Positions 1 to 10,369 of a stretch of 64,000 nt of DNA are shown here, one piece after another. The translations under genes were made by a program, and so were the position numbers. Below the pieces are notes generated by a model. That model saw nothing but the letters and a program-made list of their open reading frames with translations. It did not search any database and had not been told where the DNA came from. The DNA lies in assembly GCA_963678065.2 (NCBI GenBank), contig CAXXVZ010000003.1:192001-256000 (forward strand). The letters run 5' to 3'. Positions within the stretch are counted from its first letter, which is position 1, and the number at the start of each line of letters is the position of its first letter. Source of the DNA: Treponemataceae bacterium (GTDB lineage Bacteria > Spirochaetota > Spirochaetia > Treponematales > Rectinemataceae).

Positions 1-3000
1 TTGTGCCGAGCGCGAAAGTGTCGGCGAGCCTGGAAATATTCTCACCGAACGGGGATGGGCGGAGCGACACGGTGACCTACGTGCAGAGCTCGGTGCCTGG
101 GGATGACTGGACGGGGAGGATGAAGGACCAGGCGGGGAAGGTGGTGAGGAGCTGGGTCTGGAAGAATGAGCTGAAAGATTTCGTGTGGGACGGGAAGGAC
201 GCTGGTGGAGCGCTGTTGCCCGACGGGATCTACAGCTATGAGGTGAGCGCGACGGACATCGCGGGGAACAGCTTCACGGCGGGACCGGTGACGGTGAGAT
301 TGGAGACGGCGAAGAAGGCGGTGACGCTGAGCGCGGACAAGAGAGCGTTCAGTCCGAACGGGGACAAGGTGAACGACACGCTGACACTGCGGGTGCAGGC
401 AGCTACGCCGGAGAAGATCAAGAGCTTCGAGCTGGCGGTGACAGCCCAGGCAGTGACGGGAGTCACGCCGGGGATGGCGGTGAAGAGCTGGAAGGGGAAA
501 GAGGGAATACAGGATCTGTATGTGTGGGACGGGCTGACGGATGAGGGGAGGAAAGCACCGGACGGGATGTACGGAGCGAAGCTGTCGGTGCTCTATCAGA
601 ACGACGACAGGTTCGACGTTTCGGTGAGCGGAATAGCGATGGACAGCGTGGTTCCGAGCGCGACGGTATCGGTTGGGTCCGAGATCTTCTCTCCGAACGG
701 TGATGGGCGGAGCGACACGGTGACGTTCAGCCAGAGCTCGGTGCCGGGAGACGACTGGACCGGCGTGATGAAGAACGAAACGGGGAAGGTGGTGAGGAGC
801 TGGGCCTGGAAGAATGAGCTGAAGGATCTGGTGTGGGACGGGAAGGACCAGAGTGGAGTACTCCTGCCCGATGGGATCTACAGCTATGAGGTGAGCGCGA
901 CGGACATCGCGGGGAACAGCTTCACGGCAGGACCGGTGACGGTGAGACTGGAGACGGAGAAGAAAGCGGTGACGCTGAGCGCGGACAAGAGAGCGTTCAG
1001 TCCGAACGGCGACAAATTGAACGACACGCTGACGCTGATGGTGCAAGCGAGTACTCCTGCGAGGATCAAGAGTTGGGAACTTGTGATATCGGCGCAGAAC
1101 GCGCAGGGACTTGCGTCTGGAGTGGTGCGCAGCTGGAAGGGGAGTGAGGATCTGCAGAGCCGGTACGAGTGGGATGGCATGAGCGACGGCAAGAGCGCGG
1201 CACCTGACGGGATGTACAGTGCGAAACTGTCGGTTTTGTACAAGAACGACGACAAGTTTGACGTTTCGGTGAGCGATCTGGCGATGGATCGGGTTGTGCC
1301 GAGCGCGAAAGTGTCGGCGAGCCTGGAAATCTTCTCTCCGAACGGGGATGGGCGGAGCGACACGGTGACGTTCAGCCAGAGCTCGGTGCCGGGAGACGAC
1401 TGGACCGGCGTGATGAAGAACGAAACGGGCAAGGTGGTGAGGAGCTGGGCCTGGAAGAATGAACTGAAAGATTTCGCCTGGGACGGGAAGGATCAGAATG
1501 GGATACTCCAGCCCGACGGGATCTACGTGTACACGGTGAGCGCGACGGACATCGCGGGGAACAGCTTCACGGCGGGACCGCTTTCCGTCCGACTCGAGAA
1601 CGAGAAGAAGGCGGTGACGCTGAGCGCGGACAAGAGAGCGTTCAGTCCGAACGGGGATGGGGTGAACGACACGCTGTCGCTGCTGGTGCAGGCGGCCACA
1701 CCGACAAAAGTCAAGAGTTATGAACTTGTGATATCGGCGCAGAATGTGTCCGGACTTTCTGCCGGCAAGACGGTGCGCAGCTGGAAGGGCGTCGATGGCT
1801 TGCAGTCTCTGTACCAGTGGGACGGACTCACGGATGAGGGGCTCAAGGCGCCTGACGGGATGTACAGTGCGAAGCTGTCGGTGCTGTACAAGAACGACGA
1901 CAAGTTTGACGTTTCGGTGAGCGATCTGGCGATGGACCGGGTTGTGCCGAGCGCGAAAGTGTCGGCGAGCCTGGAAATATTCTCACCGAACGGGGATGGG
2001 CGGAGCGACACGGTGACCTACGTGCAGAGCTCGGTGCCTGGGGATGACTGGACGGGGAGGATGAAGGACCAGGCGGGGAAGGTGGTGAGGAGCTGGGTCT
2101 GGAAGAATGAGCTGAAAGATTTCGTGTGGGACGGGAAGGATGCTGGTGGAGCGCTGTTGCCCGACGGGATCTACAGCTATGAGGTGAGTGCGACGGACAT
2201 CGCGGGGAACAGCTTCACGGCGGGACCGGTGACGGTGAGACTGGAGACGGCGAAGAAGGCGGTGACGCTGAGCGCGGACAAGAGAGCGTTCAGTCCGAAC
2301 GGGGACAAGGTGAACGACACGCTGACACTGCGGGTGCAGGCAGCTACGCCGGAGAAGATCAAGAGCTTCGAGCTGGCGGTGACAGCCCAGGCAGTGACGG
2401 GAGTCACGCCGGGGATGGCGGTGAAGAGCTGGAAGGGGAAAGAAGGAATACAGGATCTGTATGTGTGGGACGGGCTGACGGATGATGGGAGGAAAGCACC
2501 GGACGGGATGTACGGAGCGAAGCTGTCGGTGCTCTATCAGAACGACGACAGGTTCGATGTTTCGGTGAGCGGAATAGCGATGGACAGCGTGGTTCCGAGC
2601 GCGACGGTATCGGTTGGGTCCGAGATCTTCTCTCCGAACGGTGATGGGCGGAGCGACACGGTGACGTTCAGCCAGAGCTCGGTGCCGGGAGACGACTGGA
2701 CCGGCGTGATGAAGAACGAAACGGGGAAGGTGGTGAGGAGCTGGGCCTGGAAGAGTGAGCTGAAGGATCTGGTGTGGGACGGGAAGGACCAGAGTGGAGT
2801 ACTCCTGCCCGACGGGATCTACAGCTATGAGGTGAGCGCGACGGACATCGCGGGGAACAGCTTCACGGCAGGACCGGTGACGGTGAGACTGGAGACGGAG
2901 AAGAAAGCGGTGACGCTGAGCGCGGACAAGAGAGCGTTCAGTCCGAACGGCGACAAATTGAACGACACGCTGACGCTGATGGTGCAAGCGAGTACTCCTG

Positions 3001-4910
3001 CGAGGATCAAGAGTTGGGAACTTGTGATATCGGCGCAGAACGCGCAGGGACTTGCGTCTGGAGTGGTGCGCAGCTGGAAGGGGAGTGAGGATCTGCAGAG
3101 CCGGTACGAGTGGGATGGCATGAGCGACGGCAAGAGCGCGGCACCTGACGGGATGTACAGTGCGAAACTGTCGGTTTTGTACAAGAACGACGACAAGTTT
3201 GACGTTTCGGTGAGCGATCTGGCGATGGATCGGGTTGTGCCGAGCGCGAAAGTGTCGGCGAGCCTGGAAATCTTCTCTCCGAACGGTGATGGGCGGAGCG
3301 ACACGGTGACGTTCAGCCAGAGCTCGGTGCCGGGAGACGATTGGATCGGCGTGATGAAGAACGAAACGGGCAAGGTGGTGAGGAGCTGGGTCTGGAAGAA
3401 TGAACTGAAAGATTTCGCCTGGGACGGGAAGGATCAGAATGGGATACTCCAGTCCGACGGGATCTACGTGTACACGGTGAGCGCGACGGACATCGCGGGG
3501 AACAGCTTCACGGCGGGACCGCTTTCCGTCCGACTCGAGAACGAGAAGAAGGCGGTGACGCTGAGCGCGGACAAGAGAGCGTTCAGTCCGAACGGGGATG
3601 GGGTGAACGACACGCTGTCGCTGTTGGTGCAGGCGGCCACACCGACAAAAGTCAAGAGTTATGAACTTGTGATATCGGCGCAGAATGTGTCTGGTCTTTC
3701 TGCCGGCAAGACGGTGCGCAGCTGGAAGGGTGTCGATGGCTTGCAGTCTCTGTACCAGTGGGATGGACTCACGGATGAGGGGCTCAAGGCGCCTGACGGG
3801 ATGTACAGTGCGAAGCTGTCGGTGCTGTACAAGAACGACGACAAGTTTGACGTTTCGGTGAGCGATCTGGCGATGGACCGGGTTGTGCCGAGCGCGAAAG
3901 TGTCGGCGAGCCTGGAAATATTCTCACCGAACGGGGATGGGCGGAGCGACACGGTGACCTACGTGCAGAGCTCGGTGCCTGGGGATGACTGGACGGGGAG
4001 GATGAAGGACCAGGCGGGGAAGGTGGTGAGGAGCTGGGTCTGGAAGAATGAGCTGAAAGATTTCGTGTGGGACGGGAAGGACGCTGGTGGAGCGCTGTTG
4101 CCCGACGGGATCTACAGCTATGAGGTGAGCGCGACGGACATCGCGGGGAACAGCTTCACGGCGGGACCGGTGACGGTGAGATTGGAGACGGCGAAGAAGG
4201 CGGTGACGCTGAGCGCGGACAAGAGAGCGTTCAGTCCGAACGGGGACAAGGTGAACGACACGCTGACACTGCGGGTGCAGGCAGCTACGCCGGAGAAGAT
4301 CAAGAGCTTCGAGCTGGCGGTGACAGCCCAGGCAGTGACGGGAGTCACGCCGGGGATGGCGGTGAAGAGCTGGAAGGGGAAAGAGGGAATACAGGATCTG
4401 TATGTGTGGGACGGGCTGACGGATGAGGGGAGGAAAGCACCGGACGGGATGTACGGAGCGAAGCTGTCGGTGCTCTATCAGAACGACGACAGGTTCGACG
4501 TTTCGGTGAGCGGAATAGCGATGGACAGCGTGGTTCCGAGCGCGACGGTATCGGTTGGGTCCGAGATCTTCTCTCCGAACGGTGATGGGCGGAGCGACAC
4601 GGTGACGTTCAGCCAGAGCTCGGTGCCGGGAGACGACTGGACCGGCGTGATGAAGAACGAAACGGGGAAGGTGGTGAGGAGCTGGGCCTGGAAGAATGAG
4701 CTGAAGGATCTGGTGTGGGACGGGAAGGACCAGAGTGGAGTACTCCTGCCCGATGGGATCTACAGCTATGAGGTGAGCGCGACGGACATCGCGGGGAACA
4801 GCTTCACGGCGGGACCGGTGACGGTGAGACTGGAGACGGAGAAGAAAGCGGTGACACTGAGCGCGGACAAGAGAGCGTTCAGTCCGAACGGCGACAAATT
4901 GAACGACACG
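1..4910 (+). repeat. Intragenic tandem repeat, 1941-bp unit (647 aa, three ~216-aa sub-modules), about 2.5 copies visible
   Basis: TTGTGCCGAGCGCGAAAGTGTCGGCGAGCCTGGAAATATTCTCACC starts at 1, 1942 and 3883. Shadow ORFs recur at exactly +1941 (42/1983/3924). Confidence 0.97.
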
Positions 4911-7238
4911 CTCGCCCTGCGGGTCCAGGCTGCCTCCCCGACCAAGGTCAGGAGCTTCGAACTCGCCGTGATCACGCAGAATGTGTCCGGTCTTTCTGCC
5001 GGCAAGAAGGTGCGCAGCTGGAAGGGTGTCGATGGCTTGCAGTCTCTCTACCAGTGGGATGGCCTCACAGACGATGGACTCAAGGCCCCCGATGGACTCT
5101 ACGGCGCCAGACTCACTGTCCTCTACCAGAACGACGACTTGTTCGAGATTCCCCTCGCGGGCATCATTCTGGACACGGTCGCCCCCAAGATAGAGGTATC
5201 CGTGACCTCCGCCATCTTCTCGCCCAACGGCGACAAGCGCAATGATTTTGCTGAATACATACAGAAATCCCTGCCGGGCGATGACTGGACCGGCAGGATG
5301 AAAGACCATGATGGAAAGACTGTACGGACCTGGACCTGGAAGAACGAGGCGAAGAACTTTGTCTGGGACGGAAAGGATCAGGCCGGGAATCTCCTCAAGG
5401 ACGGCAGCTACTATTACGAAGCCACTTCGACCGATGTGGCTGGCAACAGCTTCACGAGCGCGCCTCTGGCAGTCATTCTCGAGAGTGAAAAAAGGGTTGT
5501 GCGGCTTGCCGCCGATCAGCGCGCCTTCAGCCCCAACGGCGACGGCGTCAAGGACATCCTCCTTCTCTCGCCGCAGGTCCAGGCGCCCGACAAGATGACC
5601 TCCTTCTCCCTCGCCGTCACGGCGCTGGAAGTCCCTGGCATCGAGGCGGGAACGCCGGTCCGGACCTGGAAGGGAGCGCGGGATGTGGCCGACACCTACG
5701 TCTGGGACGGCTCAGGAGACTCCGGCAAACCCCTGCCCGACGGCAGGTACGCCGCGAATCTCACGGTCACTTACAGGAACGGCGACGTGATGGAAGCCGC
5801 CACGCCCACTATTCTCCTCGACCGCGTCGCGCCGAAGATCACCCTGAGCGCCTCGCCCCTCGTCTTCTCCCCCAACGGAGACGGCGTGAAGGACATCATT
5901 ACGTTCACACAGAGCTCTGTGCCGGGCGACGACTGGACGGGTCGCATCGTTGCAGCGAACGGCATCACGGTGAAAGCCCTGAGCTGGAAGACTCAGGCGA
6001 AGAGCTTCTCCTGGGACGGCCTCGACGATTCAGGAAAACTGGTGCGGGACGGGAACTACCGGTACGAGGTCTCCTCGACGGACGCCGCCGGCAACAAAGG
6101 CGCGGCCGCGGTCGAAGGTATCCTGGTGGACGCCTTCGTGCCCAAGGTCTACCTGACCGCATCCGAGACGGGCATCTCCCCCAACGGGGACGGCTTCAAA
6201 GACGATGTCTCCTTCACCCTCGTCGTGGACAGGCGGGAAGAGATAGAGTCCTGGAGCATCACTATTGTCGCGGCGGACGGAAGCATCAAAAACTCCTTCG
6301 GCGGCTCGGCCGGCGAAGTCCCTGGACGACTCGTCTGGGACGGCATGGACACCGCAGGTCAGGTCGCCACAGGCACCATCGTCGGCAAGCTCGTCGTGAA
6401 ATACGCGAAGGGCGATATCGCGGAAGCCACGAGCGACAAAGTCTACGTCAATGTCGCACCGCCCAAGGTGGACGTCACCCTCACACCCGAGTTCTTCAGC
6501 CCGGACGGGGACGGCGCCGACGACAAGCTTACCTTCGGCATAAAAGTCGCTGACCCGGCCAAGGTTGCCGAGTGGCGGCTCGAGGTCATCGAGGAAGCGG
6601 TGGTGGAAGGCTCGGCCCAGGACGCAGCCGCAACGCAGCGCCTCTTCAGGGCCTGGTCCGGGAAGGGTACCCCGCCCGCCTCCATCGTGTGGGACGGAAA
6701 GGGGCAGGAGGGCGAACTCGTGGAGGCCGCCACCAATTATCCCTTCACGTTCATGATCAAAGACGCCCTCGGCAACGCGACGAAGATTTCAGGCGTAGTC
6801 GCTGTCGACGTGCTCGTTCTGCGCGAGGGCGACAGACTCAAGATCAAGGTCCCCTCCATCGTTTTCCGGGCCAACCACGCCGACTTCGAGGGATTGGATC
6901 CCGAGATCACGGCTAACAACGCCCGCGTCATCAAGCGCATCGCCCAGATTCTCAACAAGTTCCCGGACTACCGGATCAGGATCGAGGGCCACGCCAACAA
7001 CGTCGGCAAGATGCTCGGCTACTCGGAGGCCCGGATCAACACCGAGGAGACGAAGGAACTCATCCCTCTCTCCACGGGACGCGCCGAACTCGTGCGCAAG
7101 CTCCTCGTCGAAGACAATGTCGATGCACGCAGGCTTTCGGTGAAGGGGCTCGGCTCCAGCGAGCCTGTCGTCAGCTTCCGCGACGCGAGCAACAGGTGGA
7201 AAAACAGGAGGGTCGAGTTCATCCTTATAAAGAATTAG
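3..7238 (+). CDS. Giant repeat protein, 5'-truncated by the window edge: tandem FSPNGDG / FlgD Ig-like (WDG..G...PDG.Y) modules with a C-terminal OmpA-like peptidoglycan-binding domain
   Basis: Open frame of 2411 aa from the window start. About 108-aa half-modules each carry FSPNGD(G/K) and WDG motifs. C-terminus RIRIEGHAN...LSTGRAELVR...KGLG...NRRVEF is the OmpA_C-like pattern. Confidence 0.9.
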   Translation: MPSAKVSASLEIFSPNGDGRSDTVTYVQSSVPGDDWTGRMKDQAGKVVRSWVWKNELKDFVWDGKDAGGALLPDGIYSYEVSATDIAGNSFTAGPVTVRLETAKKAVTLSADKRAFSPNGDKVNDTLTLRVQAATPEKIKSFELAVTAQAVTGVTPGMAVKSWKGKEGIQDLYVWDGLTDEGRKAPDGMYGAKLSVLYQNDDRFDVSVSGIAMDSVVPSATVSVGSEIFSPNGDGRSDTVTFSQSSVPGDDWTGVMKNETGKVVRSWAWKNELKDLVWDGKDQSGVLLPDGIYSYEVSATDIAGNSFTAGPVTVRLETEKKAVTLSADKRAFSPNGDKLNDTLTLMVQASTPARIKSWELVISAQNAQGLASGVVRSWKGSEDLQSRYEWDGMSDGKSAAPDGMYSAKLSVLYKNDDKFDVSVSDLAMDRVVPSAKVSASLEIFSPNGDGRSDTVTFSQSSVPGDDWTGVMKNETGKVVRSWAWKNELKDFAWDGKDQNGILQPDGIYVYTVSATDIAGNSFTAGPLSVRLENEKKAVTLSADKRAFSPNGDGVNDTLSLLVQAATPTKVKSYELVISAQNVSGLSAGKTVRSWKGVDGLQSLYQWDGLTDEGLKAPDGMYSAKLSVLYKNDDKFDVSVSDLAMDRVVPSAKVSASLEIFSPNGDGRSDTVTYVQSSVPGDDWTGRMKDQAGKVVRSWVWKNELKDFVWDGKDAGGALLPDGIYSYEVSATDIAGNSFTAGPVTVRLETAKKAVTLSADKRAFSPNGDKVNDTLTLRVQAATPEKIKSFELAVTAQAVTGVTPGMAVKSWKGKEGIQDLYVWDGLTDDGRKAPDGMYGAKLSVLYQNDDRFDVSVSGIAMDSVVPSATVSVGSEIFSPNGDGRSDTVTFSQSSVPGDDWTGVMKNETGKVVRSWAWKSELKDLVWDGKDQSGVLLPDGIYSYEVSATDIAGNSFTAGPVTVRLETEKKAVTLSADKRAFSPNGDKLNDTLTLMVQASTPARIKSWELVISAQNAQGLASGVVRSWKGSEDLQSRYEWDGMSDGKSAAPDGMYSAKLSVLYKNDDKFDVSVSDLAMDRVVPSAKVSASLEIFSPNGDGRSDTVTFSQSSVPGDDWIGVMKNETGKVVRSWVWKNELKDFAWDGKDQNGILQSDGIYVYTVSATDIAGNSFTAGPLSVRLENEKKAVTLSADKRAFSPNGDGVNDTLSLLVQAATPTKVKSYELVISAQNVSGLSAGKTVRSWKGVDGLQSLYQWDGLTDEGLKAPDGMYSAKLSVLYKNDDKFDVSVSDLAMDRVVPSAKVSASLEIFSPNGDGRSDTVTYVQSSVPGDDWTGRMKDQAGKVVRSWVWKNELKDFVWDGKDAGGALLPDGIYSYEVSATDIAGNSFTAGPVTVRLETAKKAVTLSADKRAFSPNGDKVNDTLTLRVQAATPEKIKSFELAVTAQAVTGVTPGMAVKSWKGKEGIQDLYVWDGLTDEGRKAPDGMYGAKLSVLYQNDDRFDVSVSGIAMDSVVPSATVSVGSEIFSPNGDGRSDTVTFSQSSVPGDDWTGVMKNETGKVVRSWAWKNELKDLVWDGKDQSGVLLPDGIYSYEVSATDIAGNSFTAGPVTVRLETEKKAVTLSADKRAFSPNGDKLNDTLALRVQAASPTKVRSFELAVITQNVSGLSAGKKVRSWKGVDGLQSLYQWDGLTDDGLKAPDGLYGARLTVLYQNDDLFEIPLAGIILDTVAPKIEVSVTSAIFSPNGDKRNDFAEYIQKSLPGDDWTGRMKDHDGKTVRTWTWKNEAKNFVWDGKDQAGNLLKDGSYYYEATSTDVAGNSFTSAPLAVILESEKRVVRLAADQRAFSPNGDGVKDILLLSPQVQAPDKMTSFSLAVTALEVPGIEAGTPVRTWKGARDVADTYVWDGSGDSGKPLPDGRYAANLTVTYRNGDVMEAATPTILLDRVAPKITLSASPLVFSPNGDGVKDIITFTQSSVPGDDWTGRIVAANGITVKALSWKTQAKSFSWDGLDDSGKLVRDGNYRYEVSSTDAAGNKGAAAVEGILVDAFVPKVYLTASETGISPNGDGFKDDVSFTLVVDRREEIESWSITIVAADGSIKNSFGGSAGEVPGRLVWDGMDTAGQVATGTIVGKLVVKYAKGDIAEATSDKVYVNVAPPKVDVTLTPEFFSPDGDGADDKLTFGIKVADPAKVAEWRLEVIEEAVVEGSAQDAAATQRLFRAWSGKGTPPASIVWDGKGQEGELVEAATNYPFTFMIKDALGNATKISGVVAVDVLVLREGDRLKIKVPSIVFRANHADFEGLDPEITANNARVIKRIAQILNKFPDYRIRIEGHANNVGKMLGYSEARINTEETKELIPLSTGRAELVRKLLVEDNVDARRLSVKGLGSSEPVVSFRDASNRWKNRRVEFILIKN

Positions 7239-7257
7239 TGTAAAGCTTGTTCTGAGA

Positions 7258-7305
7258 CACACGACGGCCGCTCCCGAGCCTTGGCAGAGGAGTGGCCGTC
7301 GTGTA
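7258..7305. terminator. Long hairpin between convergent genes (possible bidirectional terminator)
   Basis: ACACGACGGCCGCTCC ... GGAGTGGCCGTCGTGT near-perfect inverted repeat; no clear U tract. Confidence 0.55.
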
Positions 7306-7310
7306 TCCGG

Positions 7311-8246
7311 TCAGAAATCTCCCGCCATGATTATTTCCGGTTCGAGTGTGAAACCGAGTTTTTCTCTCACTTCGTCCTGTGCGAGGCGGATGAGGAGCCT
7401 CATATCGCTCGCCCTGGCCACGCCTGCGTTGACGAAGATGTTGGCGTGCCAGTCGGAGACGGCGGCATCCCCGATCCTTTTACCCCTGAAGCCGAGCGAG
7501 TCGAGGACGGCTCCGCTCGGCGCGCCTATCAGTCTGTCGTTCTTGAAGACCGAGCCGGCGGAGGGAAGGCGGTAATGCCCCTTGCGCTCCCTGTCCGTCC
7601 GGCGCTCGCGCATGATGCAGGCCGTGCGCGCGGGGTCTCCGGAGTCGAGCTCGAAGCTCGCTCCGAGGATGAGGCTGCCCGCGAGAGGCTCCCTGTCCTG
7701 GAAGGGGGAGCGCTTGTAGGACCATTCGGCGGGGTCGAAGGGGTGAACGAAGAGTCTGCCGTCGGGACCCGCGGCGAGAACTTCGGGGCTGAGGTCGGCG
7801 ATCTCCGTATCGTAGCAGCGCGCGTTCATGAGGATGGCCCCGCCGAGCGAGCCCGGCATGCCGGCAAAATTCCCGAAACCCTTGAGTCCGCGCGCGAGGG
7901 TTTCGAGGCAAACTTCATCCACGGAGAGACCCGCCTCCGCCGTGAAGCGCTTTCCGCGAACCGACACGGAACGGAGGTTTTCGGTGCTCGCGACGATTCC
8001 CCGGATACCGCGGTCCCCCACGAGGAGGTTCGCCCCGCCGCCGATCACGAAGACGGGGATGCCTTCCGCCCGCGCCGCTTCGAGGAGGCGGAGAAACTCC
8101 GAGCGGTTCCCGGGCGCGATCCAGGCGTCGGCGGGGCCGCCTATCCGCATCGTCGTGTGTCCCGACAGGGGCTCATCGAAGGAAGGGCGGGCCCCAATAT
8201 TGATTTTTCCGAAGAATTGCCGTAGTTTGTTCGTCATTACCCGCAT
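7311..8246 (-). CDS. murB: UDP-N-acetylenolpyruvoylglucosamine reductase
   Basis: HTTMRIGGPAD, IGGGANLLV, GMPGSLGGAILMNA, PSAGSVFKN and HANIFVN motifs. Confidence 0.95.
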   Translation of the reverse strand: MRVMTNKLRQFFGKINIGARPSFDEPLSGHTTMRIGGPADAWIAPGNRSEFLRLLEAARAEGIPVFVIGGGANLLVGDRGIRGIVASTENLRSVSVRGKRFTAEAGLSVDEVCLETLARGLKGFGNFAGMPGSLGGAILMNARCYDTEIADLSPEVLAAGPDGRLFVHPFDPAEWSYKRSPFQDREPLAGSLILGASFELDSGDPARTACIMRERRTDRERKGHYRLPSAGSVFKNDRLIGAPSGAVLDSLGFRGKRIGDAAVSDWHANIFVNAGVARASDMRLLIRLAQDEVREKLGFTLEPEIIMAGDF

Positions 8247-8293
8247 AGTATGGAAGCATCTGCGGGAGATTCAAGACACCGACGGAGGACCAC

Positions 8294-9742
8294 ATGCCCG
8301 AGCTGAGACTTTTCAACACTCTGGGGCGCGAAATGCAGACATTTCGCCCCCTCGAACCCGGAAAGGTCGGCTTCTACGGCTGCGGACCCACAGTCTACAA
8401 CTTCGCCCACATAGGAAATCTGCGCGCCTACGTCTTCGACGACGTTCTCACTCGGACCCTGCGCTACTTTGGTTACGAGGTGACCCACGTCATGAATCTC
8501 ACCGATGTCGGTCACCTTTCCGGCGACGACGACACCGGCGAGGACAAGATGGTCAAGAGCGCGGTGGAGAGAAACCAGACCGTACTCGACATAGCGCGCT
8601 TCTACACCGAGGCCTTCTTCCGCGACACGGACAGGCTCGGCATCGCGAGGCCGAACGTCGTGTGCAAGGCCACCGAGCACGTCGGCGAGATGATCGCCCT
8701 CATCAAGAGAATCGAGGCTAAGGGCTTCACCTACAGTGCGGGCGGAAACCTCTACTTCGACATCACGAAGATGCCCTCCTACGGCGAGCTCGCCATGCTC
8801 AGGACCGAGGACTTGAGAGCGGGCGCGCGCATCGAGGTCGACGAGAACAAGCGCAATCCCCACGATTTCGTCCTCTGGTTCACCAAGTCCAAGTTCGAGA
8901 ATCAGGCGCTCGTCTGGGACAGCCCCTGGGGCCGTGGCTACCCCGGCTGGCACATCGAGTGCTCGGCCATGAGCATGAAATACCTCGGCGAGCAGTTCGA
9001 CATCCACGCGGGCGGCATCGACCACATCCCCGTCCACCACACGAACGAAATCGCCCAGTCCGAGGCGGCTACCGGCAAGAAATGGGTCAACTATTGGCTT
9101 CACAATGAATTCCTTGTTCTCGACAAAGGCAAGATGTCCAAGTCCGCTGGCGGCTTCCTCACTCTTCAGACCCTTGTGGACAGAGGCTACGATCCCATGG
9201 ATTACCGCTACTTCCTCCTCGGCGGTCACTACCGCTCCCAGCTCCAGTTTTCATGGGAGGGGCTCGACTCGGCCCGGTCCTCGCGCAAGTCGATGGCCGA
9301 CCGCGTCCTCGCGCTGAGGGCGAAGGCGGGGCTCGCCGGGGACGAAGTGCCGGGTCTGGCGGGTCTGTCCGAATCCGAGAGGGCCGGCCTCGCTCCGAGG
9401 CTCGAAGCCTTCGCGACGGCCCTCGGCGAGGATCTCGCGACGCCGAGGGCGCTCGCCGAGGCCTGGGCGATACTCAAGGACGGCAGCCTCCCGCCTCGCG
9501 CCGCGCTGGCCGCCGCCTTCGACATGGACCGGGTCCTCGGACTCGGGCTTGCTGCCCTCCGCCCCGCGGAGAGCAGTCTGGACTCGGGGCTTGCGACCGA
9601 AATCGAGGGCCTCATCGTCGAGCGCGCACAGGCAAAGAAGGACCGGAATTTCGCCCGGGCCGACGAGATCCGCAATGGGCTGAAGGCGAGGGGCATCATT
9701 CTCGAAGACAGCCCGGCAGGGACAGCCTGGAAACGCGCATGA
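8294..9742 (+). CDS. cysS: Cysteine--tRNA ligase
   Basis: [28 protein letters not shown] and KMSKS motifs; SD GGAGG upstream. Confidence 0.98.
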   Translation: MPELRLFNTLGREMQTFRPLEPGKVGFYGCGPTVYNFAHIGNLRAYVFDDVLTRTLRYFGYEVTHVMNLTDVGHLSGDDDTGEDKMVKSAVERNQTVLDIARFYTEAFFRDTDRLGIARPNVVCKATEHVGEMIALIKRIEAKGFTYSAGGNLYFDITKMPSYGELAMLRTEDLRAGARIEVDENKRNPHDFVLWFTKSKFENQALVWDSPWGRGYPGWHIECSAMSMKYLGEQFDIHAGGIDHIPVHHTNEIAQSEAATGKKWVNYWLHNEFLVLDKGKMSKSAGGFLTLQTLVDRGYDPMDYRYFLLGGHYRSQLQFSWEGLDSARSSRKSMADRVLALRAKAGLAGDEVPGLAGLSESERAGLAPRLEAFATALGEDLATPRALAEAWAILKDGSLPPRAALAAAFDMDRVLGLGLAALRPAESSLDSGLATEIEGLIVERAQAKKDRNFARADEIRNGLKARGIILEDSPAGTAWKRA

Positions 9743-9787
9743 GAGGCGAAGTGACTGAGCGGATCGCGTAACCACAGGGTATGTCCT

Positions 9788-10369
9788 TTGTTTGATACAA
9801 AAGGGAGAGAGACCACCATCGACGTAAAGAGCCTCTATGACTCGCTCATGCCGATGCTGTTTCGTGTGGCTGTTCGCATAGTCCAGTCCCCTGAAACCGC
9901 TGAGGACATTGTCCACGAGGCTTTTGTCAAGCTGGTGGAGAAAAATATTCCCTTTCCCAGCCCCGACGACGCCAAGTACTGGCTCATCAGGGTCGTGAAA
10001 AACAGTGCCATCAACCATTCCAAACGGAAGGTTAGAGAAAACCGTGCGTACGAGAAGTGGTGGAAGGGCGAAACGGCCTTGGACACCGAAACTCGGACAA
10101 GGGGTGCTCAGGTCGATGCGGATGGGGTCTTCGTGGGGGTCTCGGAGGGCGCAGACGCGGAGCTGCTCCGCGCGGAAGCCGCAGAGGAACTCCGCACGGC
10201 TCTCGCGGGCCTGCCGGAGCGTCTCAGAACGGTGTTGATACTCAAGGAGTACGGCGGTTTGAACTACAAGGAAATCGGAAAAGTCATGGGTATAAGCGAA
10301 GGCAACGTGAAAGTGCGCGCTTTTCGCGCCCGCGAACAACTTCTGGCCATCCTCGGAGAAAAAAAATGA
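9788..10369 (+). CDS. ECF RNA polymerase sigma factor (start uncertain)
   Basis: AEDIVHEAF and YWLIRVVKN (region 2); LPERLRTVLILK...LNYKEIG...SEGNVKVRAFRAR (region 4). Confidence 0.92.
   Translation: MFDTKGRETTIDVKSLYDSLMPMLFRVAVRIVQSPETAEDIVHEAFVKLVEKNIPFPSPDDAKYWLIRVVKNSAINHSKRKVRENRAYEKWWKGETALDTETRTRGAQVDADGVFVGVSEGADAELLRAEAAEELRTALAGLPERLRTVLILKEYGGLNYKEIGKVMGISEGNVKVRAFRAREQLLAILGEKK

Noticed and set aside
1..4910. Repeats as a CRISPR array or DGR template/variable pair
   Set aside because: The units are long, in-frame and coding, with no spacers. Differences are not adenine-specific, and no cas or reverse transcriptase gene is present.
42..5309. Long repeated minus-strand ORFs (334, 182, 461 aa)
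   Set aside because: Antisense shadows of the giant gene caused by codon bias; no recognisable motifs.
3..7238. FSPNGDG motif as a T9SS sorting signal
   Set aside because: The motif is internal and repeated, the protein ends in an OmpA-like domain, and no T9SS genes are in the window.
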